This document shows, in pieces, positions 27,554 to 41,241 of a stretch of 62,043 nt of DNA; within the stretch, counting starts at the first letter, position 1, and the number at the start of each line of letters is the position of its first letter. Source of the DNA: Caulobacter sp. (lineage in GTDB: Bacteria; Pseudomonadota; Alphaproteobacteria; Caulobacterales; Caulobacteraceae); contig JBIKII010000001.1 of NCBI GenBank assembly GCA_044361705.1, positions 1 through 62,043 on the forward strand, written 5' to 3'. The position numbers were made by a program, and so were the translations under genes. The notes under the pieces were generated by a model that was not told where the DNA came from, did not search any database, and saw only the letters and a list, made by a program, of their open reading frames with translations.

Positions 27554-28150
27554 GTGACCCGTCAACGCATCCTCCTCCTCATCGCCTGCGTCTTCGGGGT
27601 CTTCGTCGCCGGCGCCCTGGCCTGGCGGGCCGGCGTGTTCGAGGGCCAGGACGCCCAGACGAGCAGCGTCGGCGGACCGTTCAAGCTGGTCGACCAGACC
27701 GGCCGTCCGGTCGATGAGAGCGTGCTGAGGGGCAAGTGGACCGTTGTCTTCTTCGGCTTCACCTACTGCCCCGACGTCTGCCCGGGCACGCTGCAGGCGC
27801 TTACGGCGGCGCACGACCAGCTGGGGCCCCAGGGCGAGGACGTCCGGATCGTGTTCATCTCGGTGGATCCCGAACGGGACACCCCGGCCAAGGTGCGCGA
27901 CTGGCTCGCGGCCCAACGCCCGCCGGAGGGGACGCTGGGCCTGACCGGGACGGTCGAGCAGACCAACGCCGCGGCCAAGGCCTACCGCGTATTCCACGAG
28001 AAGGCCGGTGATGGGCCCGACTACCTCGTGAACCACTCCACCGCCATGTACGTGATGGACCCGAAAGGCCGGTTCCGCCGGCCGCTCGCCTACGGCATGA
28101 CCCCCGACCAACTGGCCGAGGAACTCCGCAAGATGCTGCGCGGCGATTGA
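27554..28150 (+). CDS. senC: SCO/SenC copper chaperone
   Basis: FGFTYCPDVCP, ISVDPERDTP, YLVNHS; divergent from regB. Confidence 0.92.
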   Translation: MTRQRILLLIACVFGVFVAGALAWRAGVFEGQDAQTSSVGGPFKLVDQTGRPVDESVLRGKWTVVFFGFTYCPDVCPGTLQALTAAHDQLGPQGEDVRIVFISVDPERDTPAKVRDWLAAQRPPEGTLGLTGTVEQTNAAAKAYRVFHEKAGDGPDYLVNHSTAMYVMDPKGRFRRPLAYGMTPDQLAEELRKMLRGD

Positions 28151-28197
28151 TCGCGTCGCAACGAATCGATCTGGACTTCGTTAAGGCGCATCGTGTT

Positions 28198-28213
28198 ATG
28201 CTGCGCTGCACAA
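28198..28213 (+). promoter_or_regulatory. PhaR-like TGC-rich box upstream of phaZ
   Basis: ATGCTGCGCTGCACAA 14 bp before the phaZ ATG. Confidence 0.6.
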
Positions 28214-28226
28214 AGACCGAGGTTCG

Positions 28227-29477
28227 ATGCTCTACGCCCTGCACGAAGCGGCTTACTATGCGGCCACCCCGATGCGCGCCGCCGCGCGCCTGACGCGCGA
28301 CTGGTGGTCTTCACCGCTCAATCCCGCCCGCAACTCCACGCTCGGCCGTAGCCTTTCGGCCGGGGCCGACCTGTATGAGAACGTCACCCGCCGCTACGGC
28401 AAGCCCGAGTGGCACATCGACGAGATCCAGGTGAACGGCCATCCGGTGCGCGTGCGCCAGACCGTGGTCTGGGAAAGCGCCTGGTGCCGTCTGGTGCAGT
28501 TCGACCGCGACATGGCCGACATGCGCCATGCCGGCAAGCTGCAGCTCGATCCGGCCGTGCTGATCGTCGCCCCGATGTCGGGTCACTACGCCACGCTGCT
28601 GCGCGGCACGGTCGAGGCCTTCGCGCCCGACCATGCGGTCTTCATCACCGACTGGAAGAACGCCCGCGACGTGCCGATGCTCGAGGGCCGCTTCGACTTC
28701 GACGACTACATCGAGCACATCCAGCAAATGCTGCGGGCGCTGGGCCACCGCGCCCACGTCGTCGCCGTCTGCCAGCCTGGCCCGCCGGTGCTCGCCGCCG
28801 CCGCCCTGATGGCCGAGGACAACGATCCCCGCCGGCCGCGCACCATGACCTTCATGGGCTCGCCGATCGATGCGCGCCATTCGCCGACCGTGACCAACAA
28901 GCTGGCCGAGGAGCGGCCCTTCACCTGGTTCGAGTCGAACATGATCTACACCGTCCCGGCGCCCTATCCGGGCGTGGGCCGGCGCGTCTATCCGGGCTTC
29001 GTGCAGCTGGCCAGCTTCATGTCGATGAACATGGAGCGTCACAAGGACGCCCACCGCCGCTACTTCGACCACCTGGTCTCCGGCGACGGCGACAGCGCCG
29101 ACAAGCACCGCGCCTTCTACGACGAGTACCTGGCGGTGATGGACCTGACCGAGGAGTTCTACCTCCAGACCATCGACAAGGTGTTCCAGGACTATGCCCT
29201 GCCCAAGGGCGAGCTGCTGCACCGCGACCGGCTGGTGAAGCCGTCGGCCATCACCGACATCGGCCTGATGACGGTCGAGGGCGAGCTGGATGACATCTCC
29301 GGCATCGGCCAGACCCAGGCCGCGCACGAACTCTGCGCCAACATTCCCGCCGACATGAAGCTGGACCACGTCCAGGAAGGCGTCGGCCACTACGGGGTGT
29401 TCAACGGCCGCCGCTTCCGTGAGGAAATCTTCCCCAAGGTCGCGGCCTTCATCCGCCACTGCGACCCCGACTTCTGA
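28227..29477 (+). CDS. phaZ: Intracellular PHB depolymerase
   Basis: VAPMSGHYATLLRGTV, AVCQP, TVEGELDDISG, GHYGVFNG. Confidence 0.95.
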   Translation: MLYALHEAAYYAATPMRAAARLTRDWWSSPLNPARNSTLGRSLSAGADLYENVTRRYGKPEWHIDEIQVNGHPVRVRQTVVWESAWCRLVQFDRDMADMRHAGKLQLDPAVLIVAPMSGHYATLLRGTVEAFAPDHAVFITDWKNARDVPMLEGRFDFDDYIEHIQQMLRALGHRAHVVAVCQPGPPVLAAAALMAEDNDPRRPRTMTFMGSPIDARHSPTVTNKLAEERPFTWFESNMIYTVPAPYPGVGRRVYPGFVQLASFMSMNMERHKDAHRRYFDHLVSGDGDSADKHRAFYDEYLAVMDLTEEFYLQTIDKVFQDYALPKGELLHRDRLVKPSAITDIGLMTVEGELDDISGIGQTQAAHELCANIPADMKLDHVQEGVGHYGVFNGRRFREEIFPKVAAFIRHCDPDF

Positions 29478-29514
29478 GACGGGGCTTTCCCGGCGTCGGC
29501 GCCGCGACTATCTG

Positions 29515-30261
29515 ATGGCTATGAAGCTGTTCGGCGCGTCGGGGCTCTCCCACGGTGATCGCATCGAGGCCGACGGGTATCCCGTGCGGCTGTCGGTGAA
29601 TGCGCGCGCCCGCCGGGTCAGCTTGCGCATCGACCGCATCAGGCGGGAAGTCGTGGCCACCGCGCCGTCCGCGCGGCGACTGACCGAGGCCGTGGCCTTC
29701 GCCCGCGAGAAAGCCGACTGGATCGCCGGGCAGCTGGCCGATCTTCCGTCAGGCCTGGCGCTGACGCCCGGCATGACCATCACCCTGTTCGGCGCGCCCT
29801 GCGACCTGGTCGTCGGGACGGGCCGCGCCCGCTACACGCCGCCATCGGCGGAAGGGTCCGCGCGGATCAGCGCTCCGGATGACGCGGCCTTCGGCGACCG
29901 GGTCCTGCGGCTGATCAAGGTCGAGGCGCGGCGCTGGCTGACCGAGCGGACACAGATCTACGCCGGCCGGCTTGAGCGGCCGATGCCGAAGGTGGCGATC
30001 ACCGACGCCCGGGGTCGCTGGGGCTCCTGCCGACCGGCCAGCCCGCGCGCCGACGCCTCGATCCGCTACAGCTGGCGGCTGGCGCTCGCGCCGGCCACGG
30101 TGGCCGACTATGTCGCCGCCCACGAGTGCGCCCACCTGATCGAGGCCAACCACGGCCCACGCTTCTGGGCGCTGGTTCACGGCCTGGTCGGCGATCACGC
30201 GCCGCACCGCGACTGGCTGCGCCGCGAGGGCGCGCGCCTGCACGCGTTCGGGCGGGGTTAG
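29515..30261 (+). CDS. M48/YgjP (DUF45)-like zinc metallohydrolase
   Basis: RWGSC, YSWRL, DYVAAHECAHL, NHGPRFW. Confidence 0.88.
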   Translation: MAMKLFGASGLSHGDRIEADGYPVRLSVNARARRVSLRIDRIRREVVATAPSARRLTEAVAFAREKADWIAGQLADLPSGLALTPGMTITLFGAPCDLVVGTGRARYTPPSAEGSARISAPDDAAFGDRVLRLIKVEARRWLTERTQIYAGRLERPMPKVAITDARGRWGSCRPASPRADASIRYSWRLALAPATVADYVAAHECAHLIEANHGPRFWALVHGLVGDHAPHRDWLRREGARLHAFGRG

Positions 30262-32216
30262 TAGGGCACCTCTTCCGGCAGCCGGGGCGGCGGAGCCTTC
30301 TGCTCGGGCGCCGGCGTCTGCGCGGGAGGCGTATCGCCGCCGCCGATGCCGAGGTTCGACAGCAGGTCGCCGATCGCGTCCGGCTCCTGGGCCGGCGGGG
30401 TGGCGTAGCCGCCGGGAATGGCCTGGGCGCGCAGCCGGGGCAGGGCCTGGGCCATGAAGCTGCGCCAGATGCCGGCCGGGACCCCGCCGCCGCTGACGCC
30501 CTTCATCGGCCTGTTGTTGTCCTTGCCGGTCCAGACAGCCGTGACGAAGCCGCCGGTGTAGCCGACGAACCAGGCGTCGCGATAATCGCTGGTCGTGCCG
30601 GTCTTGCCGGCGATGTCGTAGCCGGCGACGCGGGCGCGCTTGCCGGTGCCGGTGACCACCACATCGCGCATCATCTGGTTCATGTACTGCAGGGCCGGCG
30701 AGCCGATGACCGAGCGCCTGGCCCGCTTCTCGAGGTTGTGGTCGTACAGCACCTTGCCCCCGGCGGTGCGGATGCGCTGGATGCCGTAGCCGCGCGCCAG
30801 GAAGCCGCCGTTGGCGAACGGCGCATAGGACTGGGCCATCTCCAGCGGACTGACCTCGACCGCGCCCAGCGCCATCGACGGGTCGAGCTGGATCTTCGAG
30901 GCGATGCCGAGGCGCCTGGCCACCGAGGCGACGTTGCCGGTGCCGACCTCGTTGGCCAGCCGCGCGGCGACGGTGTTCACCGACTGGGCCAGCGCGGTCT
31001 GCAGGGTGATCGCGCCCAGGTACCGGCCGGTGTAGTTGCGCGGCTCCCAGTTGCCGATACGGACCGGCTCGTCGGTGACCATCACGGTCGGCGTGCGGCC
31101 GGCCTCCATGGCGGCCAGGTAGACGAAGGGCTTGAAGGCCGAGCCGGCCTGACGGCGGGCGGTCGTGGCCCGGTCGAATTGGCTCTCGCCGTAGTTGGCG
31201 CCGCCGACATAGGCGCGCACGCGGCCCTCGCCGTCGATGGCCACCAGCGCGGCCTGCTCGGCCCCCTGGGCCTTGCCGCCGCTGACGCCGGTGCGGATCG
31301 CCGCCTCGGCCGCGGCCTGGATCGGCAGGTCCAGCGTGGTTTCGACGATCAGGTCCTCGGTCGGCTCTCCAACCAGCGCGCGGACCTGTCCGTCGACCCA
31401 GTCGGTGAAATACTGCGCCCGCTGGTTGGCGAGCACGGCGGAGACCCGCACGGGGGTCCGGATCGCCTCGGCCCGCTGCTCGGGCGTGATGGCTTTGGTC
31501 CGCACCATCTCGTCGAGCACGATGTTGGCGCGGCGCTCGGCCCGACCGGTGGCGGTCACCGGGCTGTAGCGCGACGGACCCTTCATCATCCCGGCCAGCA
31601 GGGCCGCCTCGCCGATGGTCAGCCGCGAGGCCGGCTTGTTGAAGTAGCGCTGGGCGGCGGCCTCGATGCCGTAGGCGCCGGCCCCGAAGTAGACCCGGTT
31701 CAGGTAGAGGGCGAGGATCTCCTTCTTGGAGAACTTCATCTCCAGCCACAGCGACAGGATCAGCTCCTGCGCCTTGCGCCGCCAGTTCTGGTCCAGCGTC
31801 AGGAACAGGTTGCGGGCCAGCTGCTGGGTGATCGTCGAGCCGCCGGCGGCGACGCACATGCAGGACAGGTTCTTGACCGCCGCGCGGCTGATGCCGACCG
31901 GGTCGAAGCCGGGGTGCCAGTAGAAGCGCCGGTCCTCGATGGCGATGAAGGCCTTGGGGACATAGTCAGGCAGCTTGTCCAGGTCGACCGGCGGCGCGTA
32001 CTGGCTGCCGCGCACCGCGATCAGCGCGCCCGACCGGTCGAGGTAGGAAATCGACGGCTGGCGCGTGACGTCGTTGAGCCTGGAGACGTCCGGCAGGTCG
32101 GTGGCGAACATGGCGAAGAAGGCCACGACGAAGATCAGGCCCCAGACGCCGATCACCGCGCCCCAGTAGGTGAACGCCTGAAGCGGCGTGCGCCGCGCGC
32201 CCTGTGGTTTAGCCAT
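30258..32216 (-). CDS. Class A penicillin-binding protein (PBP1A family)
   Basis: EDRRFY, GGSTITQQLARN, RKAQE, LYLNRVY; SAFK, SVN, KTG transpeptidase motifs. Confidence 0.95.
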   Translation of the reverse strand: MAKPQGARRTPLQAFTYWGAVIGVWGLIFVVAFFAMFATDLPDVSRLNDVTRQPSISYLDRSGALIAVRGSQYAPPVDLDKLPDYVPKAFIAIEDRRFYWHPGFDPVGISRAAVKNLSCMCVAAGGSTITQQLARNLFLTLDQNWRRKAQELILSLWLEMKFSKKEILALYLNRVYFGAGAYGIEAAAQRYFNKPASRLTIGEAALLAGMMKGPSRYSPVTATGRAERRANIVLDEMVRTKAITPEQRAEAIRTPVRVSAVLANQRAQYFTDWVDGQVRALVGEPTEDLIVETTLDLPIQAAAEAAIRTGVSGGKAQGAEQAALVAIDGEGRVRAYVGGANYGESQFDRATTARRQAGSAFKPFVYLAAMEAGRTPTVMVTDEPVRIGNWEPRNYTGRYLGAITLQTALAQSVNTVAARLANEVGTGNVASVARRLGIASKIQLDPSMALGAVEVSPLEMAQSYAPFANGGFLARGYGIQRIRTAGGKVLYDHNLEKRARRSVIGSPALQYMNQMMRDVVVTGTGKRARVAGYDIAGKTGTTSDYRDAWFVGYTGGFVTAVWTGKDNNRPMKGVSGGGVPAGIWRSFMAQALPRLRAQAIPGGYATPPAQEPDAIGDLLSNLGIGGGDTPPAQTPAPEQKAPPPRLPEEVPY

Positions 32217-32401
32217 CGTCTCTTCGCTTGTCCGGATATCGAGAGACGCGAATCCTCGCGCCGCGCCTGTCAGGCCCCATGATGATTGACGACATATGAA
32301 CGCGACGTTTTCGCGGCGGTAAAGGCCGTCGATATGGAGGTTTCGTGCAGCCGCGCGATCAGGGGGTTAGCAAGCCACGCGACGCTCGCCATAACCGCCC
32401 T

Positions 32402-36675
<4,274 letters not shown>

Positions 36676-37830
36676 CTATCGGTCCAGAACGGTCAGGCCG
36701 GACGGCTCCACACGGACGCCGAGGGCCCGACCCTTGAAGGGGTCGAACAGCGACTCGTCGGTTCCAGTCAGAAACGCCTGGAGGTCGAGCGCCGCGATTT
36801 CGTCGGCCAGCGCGGCCCGGCGGAGCGGGTCCAGATGCGCGGCGACTTCGTCGAGCAACAATACAGGACTTGGCGCTGATTCTACACGGGAAAGTCTCGC
36901 CGCCTGGGCCAGGACGAGGTTCAGAATCAGGGCCTTCTGCTCGCCGGTCGAACATTCGGCGGCGGGCCGGTCCTTTTCGGCGTGAAGCACGGCCAGATCG
37001 CCCCGGTGCGGACCGGTCAGGGCCCGTCCCGCCGCCCCGTCGCGGGCCCGCGCGGCGGCCAGGGCGGCGGCCAGGCGGGCCTCGAGATCGGCGAAGTCGA
37101 CGCCGCTGGCCGCCAGCTGCTCCCACTCGCCGGTCAGGCTCAGCAACGCCTGCGGAAAGGGCCGGTCGCCCCGGTCGTCGATCTCCGACTGCAGCACCGC
37201 CAGTGTCCGGGCCCGGGCTTCGGCCATCAGGGCGCCGGACTCGGCCAGCCGCGCCTCCAGCGCCGACAGCCAGACCGGGTCGGGCTCGCTCCCGCCCTCG
37301 CCCGCGTCGGTCAGCAGGCGCATCCGCTCGCGCATGGCCTTGTCATAGGCGGCGGCGTGGGCGGCGTGCTTGGGCTCGGCGGCGAAGACCAGCCGGTCGA
37401 AGAAGCGGCGGCGGTCGCCGGCCGCCTCCAGGAACAGCCGGTCCTGGGCCGGGGTCAGCCAGATCGGCCGGATATGGTCGGCCAGCCGCCCGGGCGGCAC
37501 GGTCTCGCCCTCGATGCGCACGATGCGCCGCGCCGCCCCGGGCTGCTCGACCCCGGTGCCGATCCGCACCGCGTCGTCGTCGCCCCAGACCAGCGCCGAA
37601 ACCGCCCAGGCCCGGCCGGTCTTCTCCCCCGGCATCCGCCGCCCGACCTCGGCGATGGCCGAGCCGCGCAGGCCCCGCCCCGGCGACAGCAGGCTGATCG
37701 CCTCCAGAAGATTGGTCTTCCCCGCCCCGTTCGGCCCCCACAGGCAGACGCTCGCCCCGTCCGGCGACAGCTCCGCCCGCTCATAGGAGCGGAAGTCGGT
37801 CAGGGTCAGGTTGGTGACGACGGAACGCAT
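36676..37830 (-). CDS. recF: DNA replication/repair protein RecF
   Basis: [41 protein letters not shown]; start set at ATG 37830. Confidence 0.95.
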   Translation of the reverse strand: MRSVVTNLTLTDFRSYERAELSPDGASVCLWGPNGAGKTNLLEAISLLSPGRGLRGSAIAEVGRRMPGEKTGRAWAVSALVWGDDDAVRIGTGVEQPGAARRIVRIEGETVPPGRLADHIRPIWLTPAQDRLFLEAAGDRRRFFDRLVFAAEPKHAAHAAAYDKAMRERMRLLTDAGEGGSEPDPVWLSALEARLAESGALMAEARARTLAVLQSEIDDRGDRPFPQALLSLTGEWEQLAASGVDFADLEARLAAALAAARARDGAAGRALTGPHRGDLAVLHAEKDRPAAECSTGEQKALILNLVLAQAARLSRVESAPSPVLLLDEVAAHLDPLRRAALADEIAALDLQAFLTGTDESLFDPFKGRALGVRVEPSGLTVLDR

Positions 37831-37859
37831 GGGGGTCCGTACCACGCCCGCCTTTTGTT

Positions 37860-38068
37860 CGTCATGGCCCGGCTCGTCCGGGCCACCCATGCGTGGTGAG
37901 TCTCCGGCGTCCTGCGTGCTTCGACACGCGCTCTTCGAGCGCTGCTCAGCATGACTTTGGTTGGGAGCCATTCTTGCTAGTCATCCTGAGCGGCCGCGAA
38001 CCGGCGTGTCGAAGGACGTACGGCGATCGCAGTGTTCATGGGTCGTCGGAACAAGTCCGACGATCACG
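37860..38068. repeat. Composite CGTC-type REP element (family 1 arms enclosing two arms of a related subtype)
   Basis: Arm CGTCATGGCCCGGCTCGTCCGGGCCACCCATGCGTGGTG at 37860; arm GTGTTCATGGGTCGTCGGAACAAGTCCGACGATCACG at 38032; inner arms 37919-37955 and 37980-38014. Confidence 0.8.
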
Positions 38069-38083
38069 GTGTTGGGAGCGCCC

Positions 38084-38389
38084 CTACCGCGCCCCCAGCC
38101 GCACCAGCACCTCTTTCGGAATGCCGTAGTGCTCGATCAGCGGCTTCTGGTTCCGCTGGCCCATCAGTTCGCGCTGGATGAACAGGGCCCAGACCGCGTC
38201 TGCGGCGGCCTTCAGGGCGGCGGGGCGGTCCTCGGCGGAGGCCACGCGCAGGGCCGCCAGCGTCGTCTCCACCCGCGTCCCCGCCCGCCCGAGCGAGGCG
38301 GCCTGCTCGGCCATCAGCTCGGTCTGCAGGCCGGCGTCGAACGGATCGGTCTTCGCGGTGAACAGCGACTGGGGCAGGCGCAGGGACAT
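38084..38389 (-). CDS. Small conserved hypothetical protein (DUF6665-like)
   Basis: EQAASLGRAG...AADAVWALFIQRELMG...YGIPKEVLVRLG pattern recalled from alphaproteobacterial small proteins. Confidence 0.7.
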   Translation of the reverse strand: MSLRLPQSLFTAKTDPFDAGLQTELMAEQAASLGRAGTRVETTLAALRVASAEDRPAALKAAADAVWALFIQRELMGQRNQKPLIEHYGIPKEVLVRLGAR

Positions 38390-38434
38390 GGGTCCAATGT
38401 AGTGGACGGCCCCGTGAATGCGTAGGGTTCCGAC

Positions 38435-38941
38435 ATGGCGCCGACACGCGAGACTCTGATCCGCCAAGCCCGCCCGGACGACGCGGCGGCGCTGAAGGCC
38501 ATCCTGCGAGACACCTTCGAGAGCACCTGGCTGCCGCAGTTGACCCCGGAGGCGGCCGAGGCCTTCCGGCGCGACGACCGTCCGGCCGCCTACGTCGGCG
38601 AGCGGGGGCGGTTGTTCGTCGTGGCCGAGGTCGAGGGCGCGGTGGTCGGCCTCGTCGACTGGAACGGCGATTTCGTGAACGCCCTGCATGTGCTGGCGAG
38701 TCATGCGCGGTCCGGCGTCGGGAGCCGCCTGATGGACCACGCCGAGGCCGCGATGGCGGCGGCGGGCCATGCCCAGACGCGGCTGGAGACCGACACCTTC
38801 AACACCCGCAGCCAGGCCTTCTACGCGAAGCGCGGCTACCGCGAGGCGGGCCGCTATCCGGACGAGGAATGGAACAGCGGCCTGACGACGTTGCTGCTGG
38901 TGAAGCCGCTGGGGACTGACACCGCAGGTCTCTGTCCCTAG
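38435..38941 (+). CDS. GNAT family N-acetyltransferase
   Basis: IRQARPDD, LHV...RSGVGSRL, NTRSQAFYAKRGY. Confidence 0.9.
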   Translation: MAPTRETLIRQARPDDAAALKAILRDTFESTWLPQLTPEAAEAFRRDDRPAAYVGERGRLFVVAEVEGAVVGLVDWNGDFVNALHVLASHARSGVGSRLMDHAEAAMAAAGHAQTRLETDTFNTRSQAFYAKRGYREAGRYPDEEWNSGLTTLLLVKPLGTDTAGLCP

Positions 38942-39207
38942 CCCTGGAACTGCCGCATCAGCGCCTCTTCCGTGTAGGCCCGGCGCTCGTCGTTGCTGAC
39001 GCCCCTGTAGGGACCAAGCTCCATCAGCCGATGGAAGATGGTCATCGCCTCGAACGGGGAGTGAGCTTCGAACGTCGTCACCAGCCGGGCGTCGATGTCC
39101 AGCTGCGAGCGCAGGTCGTCGCCGTCCGGACCCGCCACCATGCAGACCGGCAGCCAGCGACCGTCGTCGTCCGTCGATTCCCAGATTTCGTGCAGCAGCG
39201 CCGCCAG
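38938..39207 (-). CDS. Small hypothetical protein in frame with and directly after dnaN; start uncertain (CTG 39207 or ATG 39141)
   Basis: Frame open from the dnaN TGA to TAG 38938; LLHEIWE...CMVAGPDGDDLR...FEAHSPFEAMT; codon usage coding-like throughout. Confidence 0.5.
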   Translation of the reverse strand: MAALLHEIWESTDDDGRWLPVCMVAGPDGDDLRSQLDIDARLVTTFEAHSPFEAMTIFHRLMELGPYRGVSNDERRAYTEEALMRQFQG

Positions 39208-39210
39208 CGG

Positions 39211-40332
39211 TCAGACCCGCAGCGGCATCAACACGTACTTCACCCCGGCGTCCGTCGGATCCAGCACCAGCGTCGGGCTGGCCGGATCGGCAAACCGGAA
39301 CTCGGCGATCTCGCCGCCGATCTGGCCGGTGACGTCGAGCAGGTAGCGGGCGTTGAAGCCGATCTCGAAGGCATCGCCGTCGTAGTCGATCTCCAGCTCC
39401 TCGACGCCCTGGCCGGCTTCCATGTTACGGACGGTCAGGGTCATACGGCCGGGCTCGACGGCCATCTTCACCGACCGGCTCTTCTCGGCCGAGATGGTGG
39501 CGACGCGGTCGACGGCCTGGGCGAACAGGGTGTTGTCGACCAGCATGATCTTGGCGTTGTCGCGCGGGATCACCCGCATGTAGTCGGGGAACGATCCGTC
39601 GATGACCTTGGAGGTCAGGGCGGCGGCCTGGCCGAACTCGAAGCGCACCTTCTGGGCGCTGACCTGGAAATCGACCGTCTCGCCGGCGTCGTCGAGCAGG
39701 CGGCGGACCTCGTTGATGGTCTTGCGCGGGATGATCACGCCCGGCTGGCCGGCGGCGCCCTCGGGCGCCGGCATCTCGGCCAGGGCCAGGCGGTGGCCGT
39801 CGGTGGCCACGCAGCGCAGCATCGGCTGGCCGTTCTCGACCACCGTGTGCACGTAGAGGCCGTTCAGGTAGTAGCGGGTCTCCTCGGTGGAGATGGCGAA
39901 GCGCGTCTTGTCGATCAGTCGCGCCAGGTCATTGGCGTCGACCGGAATGCGGGTCGACAGGCCGTCGGAGCTCATCACCGGGAAGTCGCCGGCCGGCAGC
40001 ACCGGCAGGTTGAACTTCGACCGGCCAGCCTGGACCTGCAGCCGGGGGTCGTCGCCGGTGAAGGACAGCGACACGTCAGCGCCCTCGGGCAGCTTGCGAA
40101 CGATCTCGTACAGCGTGTGGGCCGGGGCGGTGATCTGGCCGGGCACGTCGACCTGGGCCACACCCTGGTCGATGATCTCCATGTCCAGGTCGGTCGCCGA
40201 GAAGCCCACCTGCTCGCGCTCCGCCGTCAGCAGGACGTTCGAGAGGATCGGGATGGTGTTGCGCCGCTCGACGACGCTCTGCACATGCCCGAGGGCCTTC
40301 AGCAGCGCCGTCCGCTCGATGGTAAGCTTCAT
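39211..40332 (-). CDS. dnaN: DNA polymerase III beta sliding clamp
   Basis: VERRNTIPILSN, ATDLD, EETRYYLNG, ATDGHRL, FPDY, VLMPLRV. Confidence 0.98.
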   Translation of the reverse strand: MKLTIERTALLKALGHVQSVVERRNTIPILSNVLLTAEREQVGFSATDLDMEIIDQGVAQVDVPGQITAPAHTLYEIVRKLPEGADVSLSFTGDDPRLQVQAGRSKFNLPVLPAGDFPVMSSDGLSTRIPVDANDLARLIDKTRFAISTEETRYYLNGLYVHTVVENGQPMLRCVATDGHRLALAEMPAPEGAAGQPGVIIPRKTINEVRRLLDDAGETVDFQVSAQKVRFEFGQAAALTSKVIDGSFPDYMRVIPRDNAKIMLVDNTLFAQAVDRVATISAEKSRSVKMAVEPGRMTLTVRNMEAGQGVEELEIDYDGDAFEIGFNARYLLDVTGQIGGEIAEFRFADPASPTLVLDPTDAGVKYVLMPLRV

Positions 40333-40472
40333 GTCTCGTCCGAAGTCAGGAAGTGCGGGCGAATCGTCGAGACCCCCGCCGGTTCGCCTTCAAGGGGACT
40401 TGCGACATTAGCGTAATCAGCGGCTTGCGGAAGGGGGCAGGGACCGACTCCAGTGCGGTTGCGCTCTCTTCT

Positions 40473-40600
40473 CCGTCATCGTCGGACCTGTTCCGACGAC
40501 CCATGAACACGACGGACGGTAAGAAGGGCGCGGATCGCTCCACGCCCTTCCCGTCAAACGCACCACGCATGGGTCCTCGCGACGAGCGCGAGGATGACGG
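40473..40600. repeat. CGTC-type REP doublet, family 1
   Basis: CGTCATCGTCGGACCTGTTCCGACGACCCATGAACAC ... CACCACGCATGGGTCCTCGCGACGAGCGCGAGGATGACG. Confidence 0.85.
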
Positions 40601-40610
40601 CAGGTGAGGA

Positions 40611-41237
40611 TCAGGCCTTCGTGTCCACCGCCGCGCCGCTGGCGTCGCCCTCGGCGGCGTAGGGGTTGGAGGCCGGCGTGTCGGACGCCGGCTGGGCGGC
40701 TCCGCCCTTGGCGGCGACCACGACCATGGCCGGGCGGACGATGCGGCCCTGCAGTTCGTAGCCGGCTTGCAGGGTCTTGATCACCGCGCCGGGGGCCACG
40801 CCGTCGCCGGCCGGCTGTTCCATCATCGCCTGGTGCTGGTGCGGGTCGAACTTGCCGCCCTTTTCCGGGGCCAGCTTCTTGAGGCCGTTGCGCTCGAAGG
40901 CGCTCATCAGCTCCTTGAAGGTCATGTCGACGCCGACCACGAAGTTCTTGACGATCTGGTCGTCGCTGTCGCGCGGCGCGTGGGTGGTGGCGGCGGTCAG
41001 GTGGTCGGCCACGCCGAACAGGTCGCGGGCGAACTTCTGGATGGCGTAGGCGCGGGCGTCGTTCTGCTCGCGCTCGGCCCGGCGACGGGTGTTGTCGGCC
41101 TCGGCGGCGTAGCGCAGCACCTGTTCCTTCAGCGCGGCGTTCTCGACCTTCAGCGCCTCGATGTCGGCGTCCAGCGCCGCCTCGATGGTCTCGAGGTCCT
41201 CGTCATGGCCGTTGGCCGGGGTCTCCTGGTCACTCAT
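40611..41237 (-). CDS. grpE: Nucleotide exchange factor GrpE
   Basis: AEADNTRRR, KFARDL, FDPHQHQAM, GYELQGRIVRPAMVVV. Confidence 0.96.
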   Translation of the reverse strand: MSDQETPANGHDEDLETIEAALDADIEALKVENAALKEQVLRYAAEADNTRRRAEREQNDARAYAIQKFARDLFGVADHLTAATTHAPRDSDDQIVKNFVVGVDMTFKELMSAFERNGLKKLAPEKGGKFDPHQHQAMMEQPAGDGVAPGAVIKTLQAGYELQGRIVRPAMVVVAAKGGAAQPASDTPASNPYAAEGDASGAAVDTKA

Positions 41238-41241
41238 CTCT

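Noticed and set aside
37831-37971. N-terminal extension of RecF in the ORF track
   Set aside because: It is translated REP sequence; RecF homology starts at about ATG 37830
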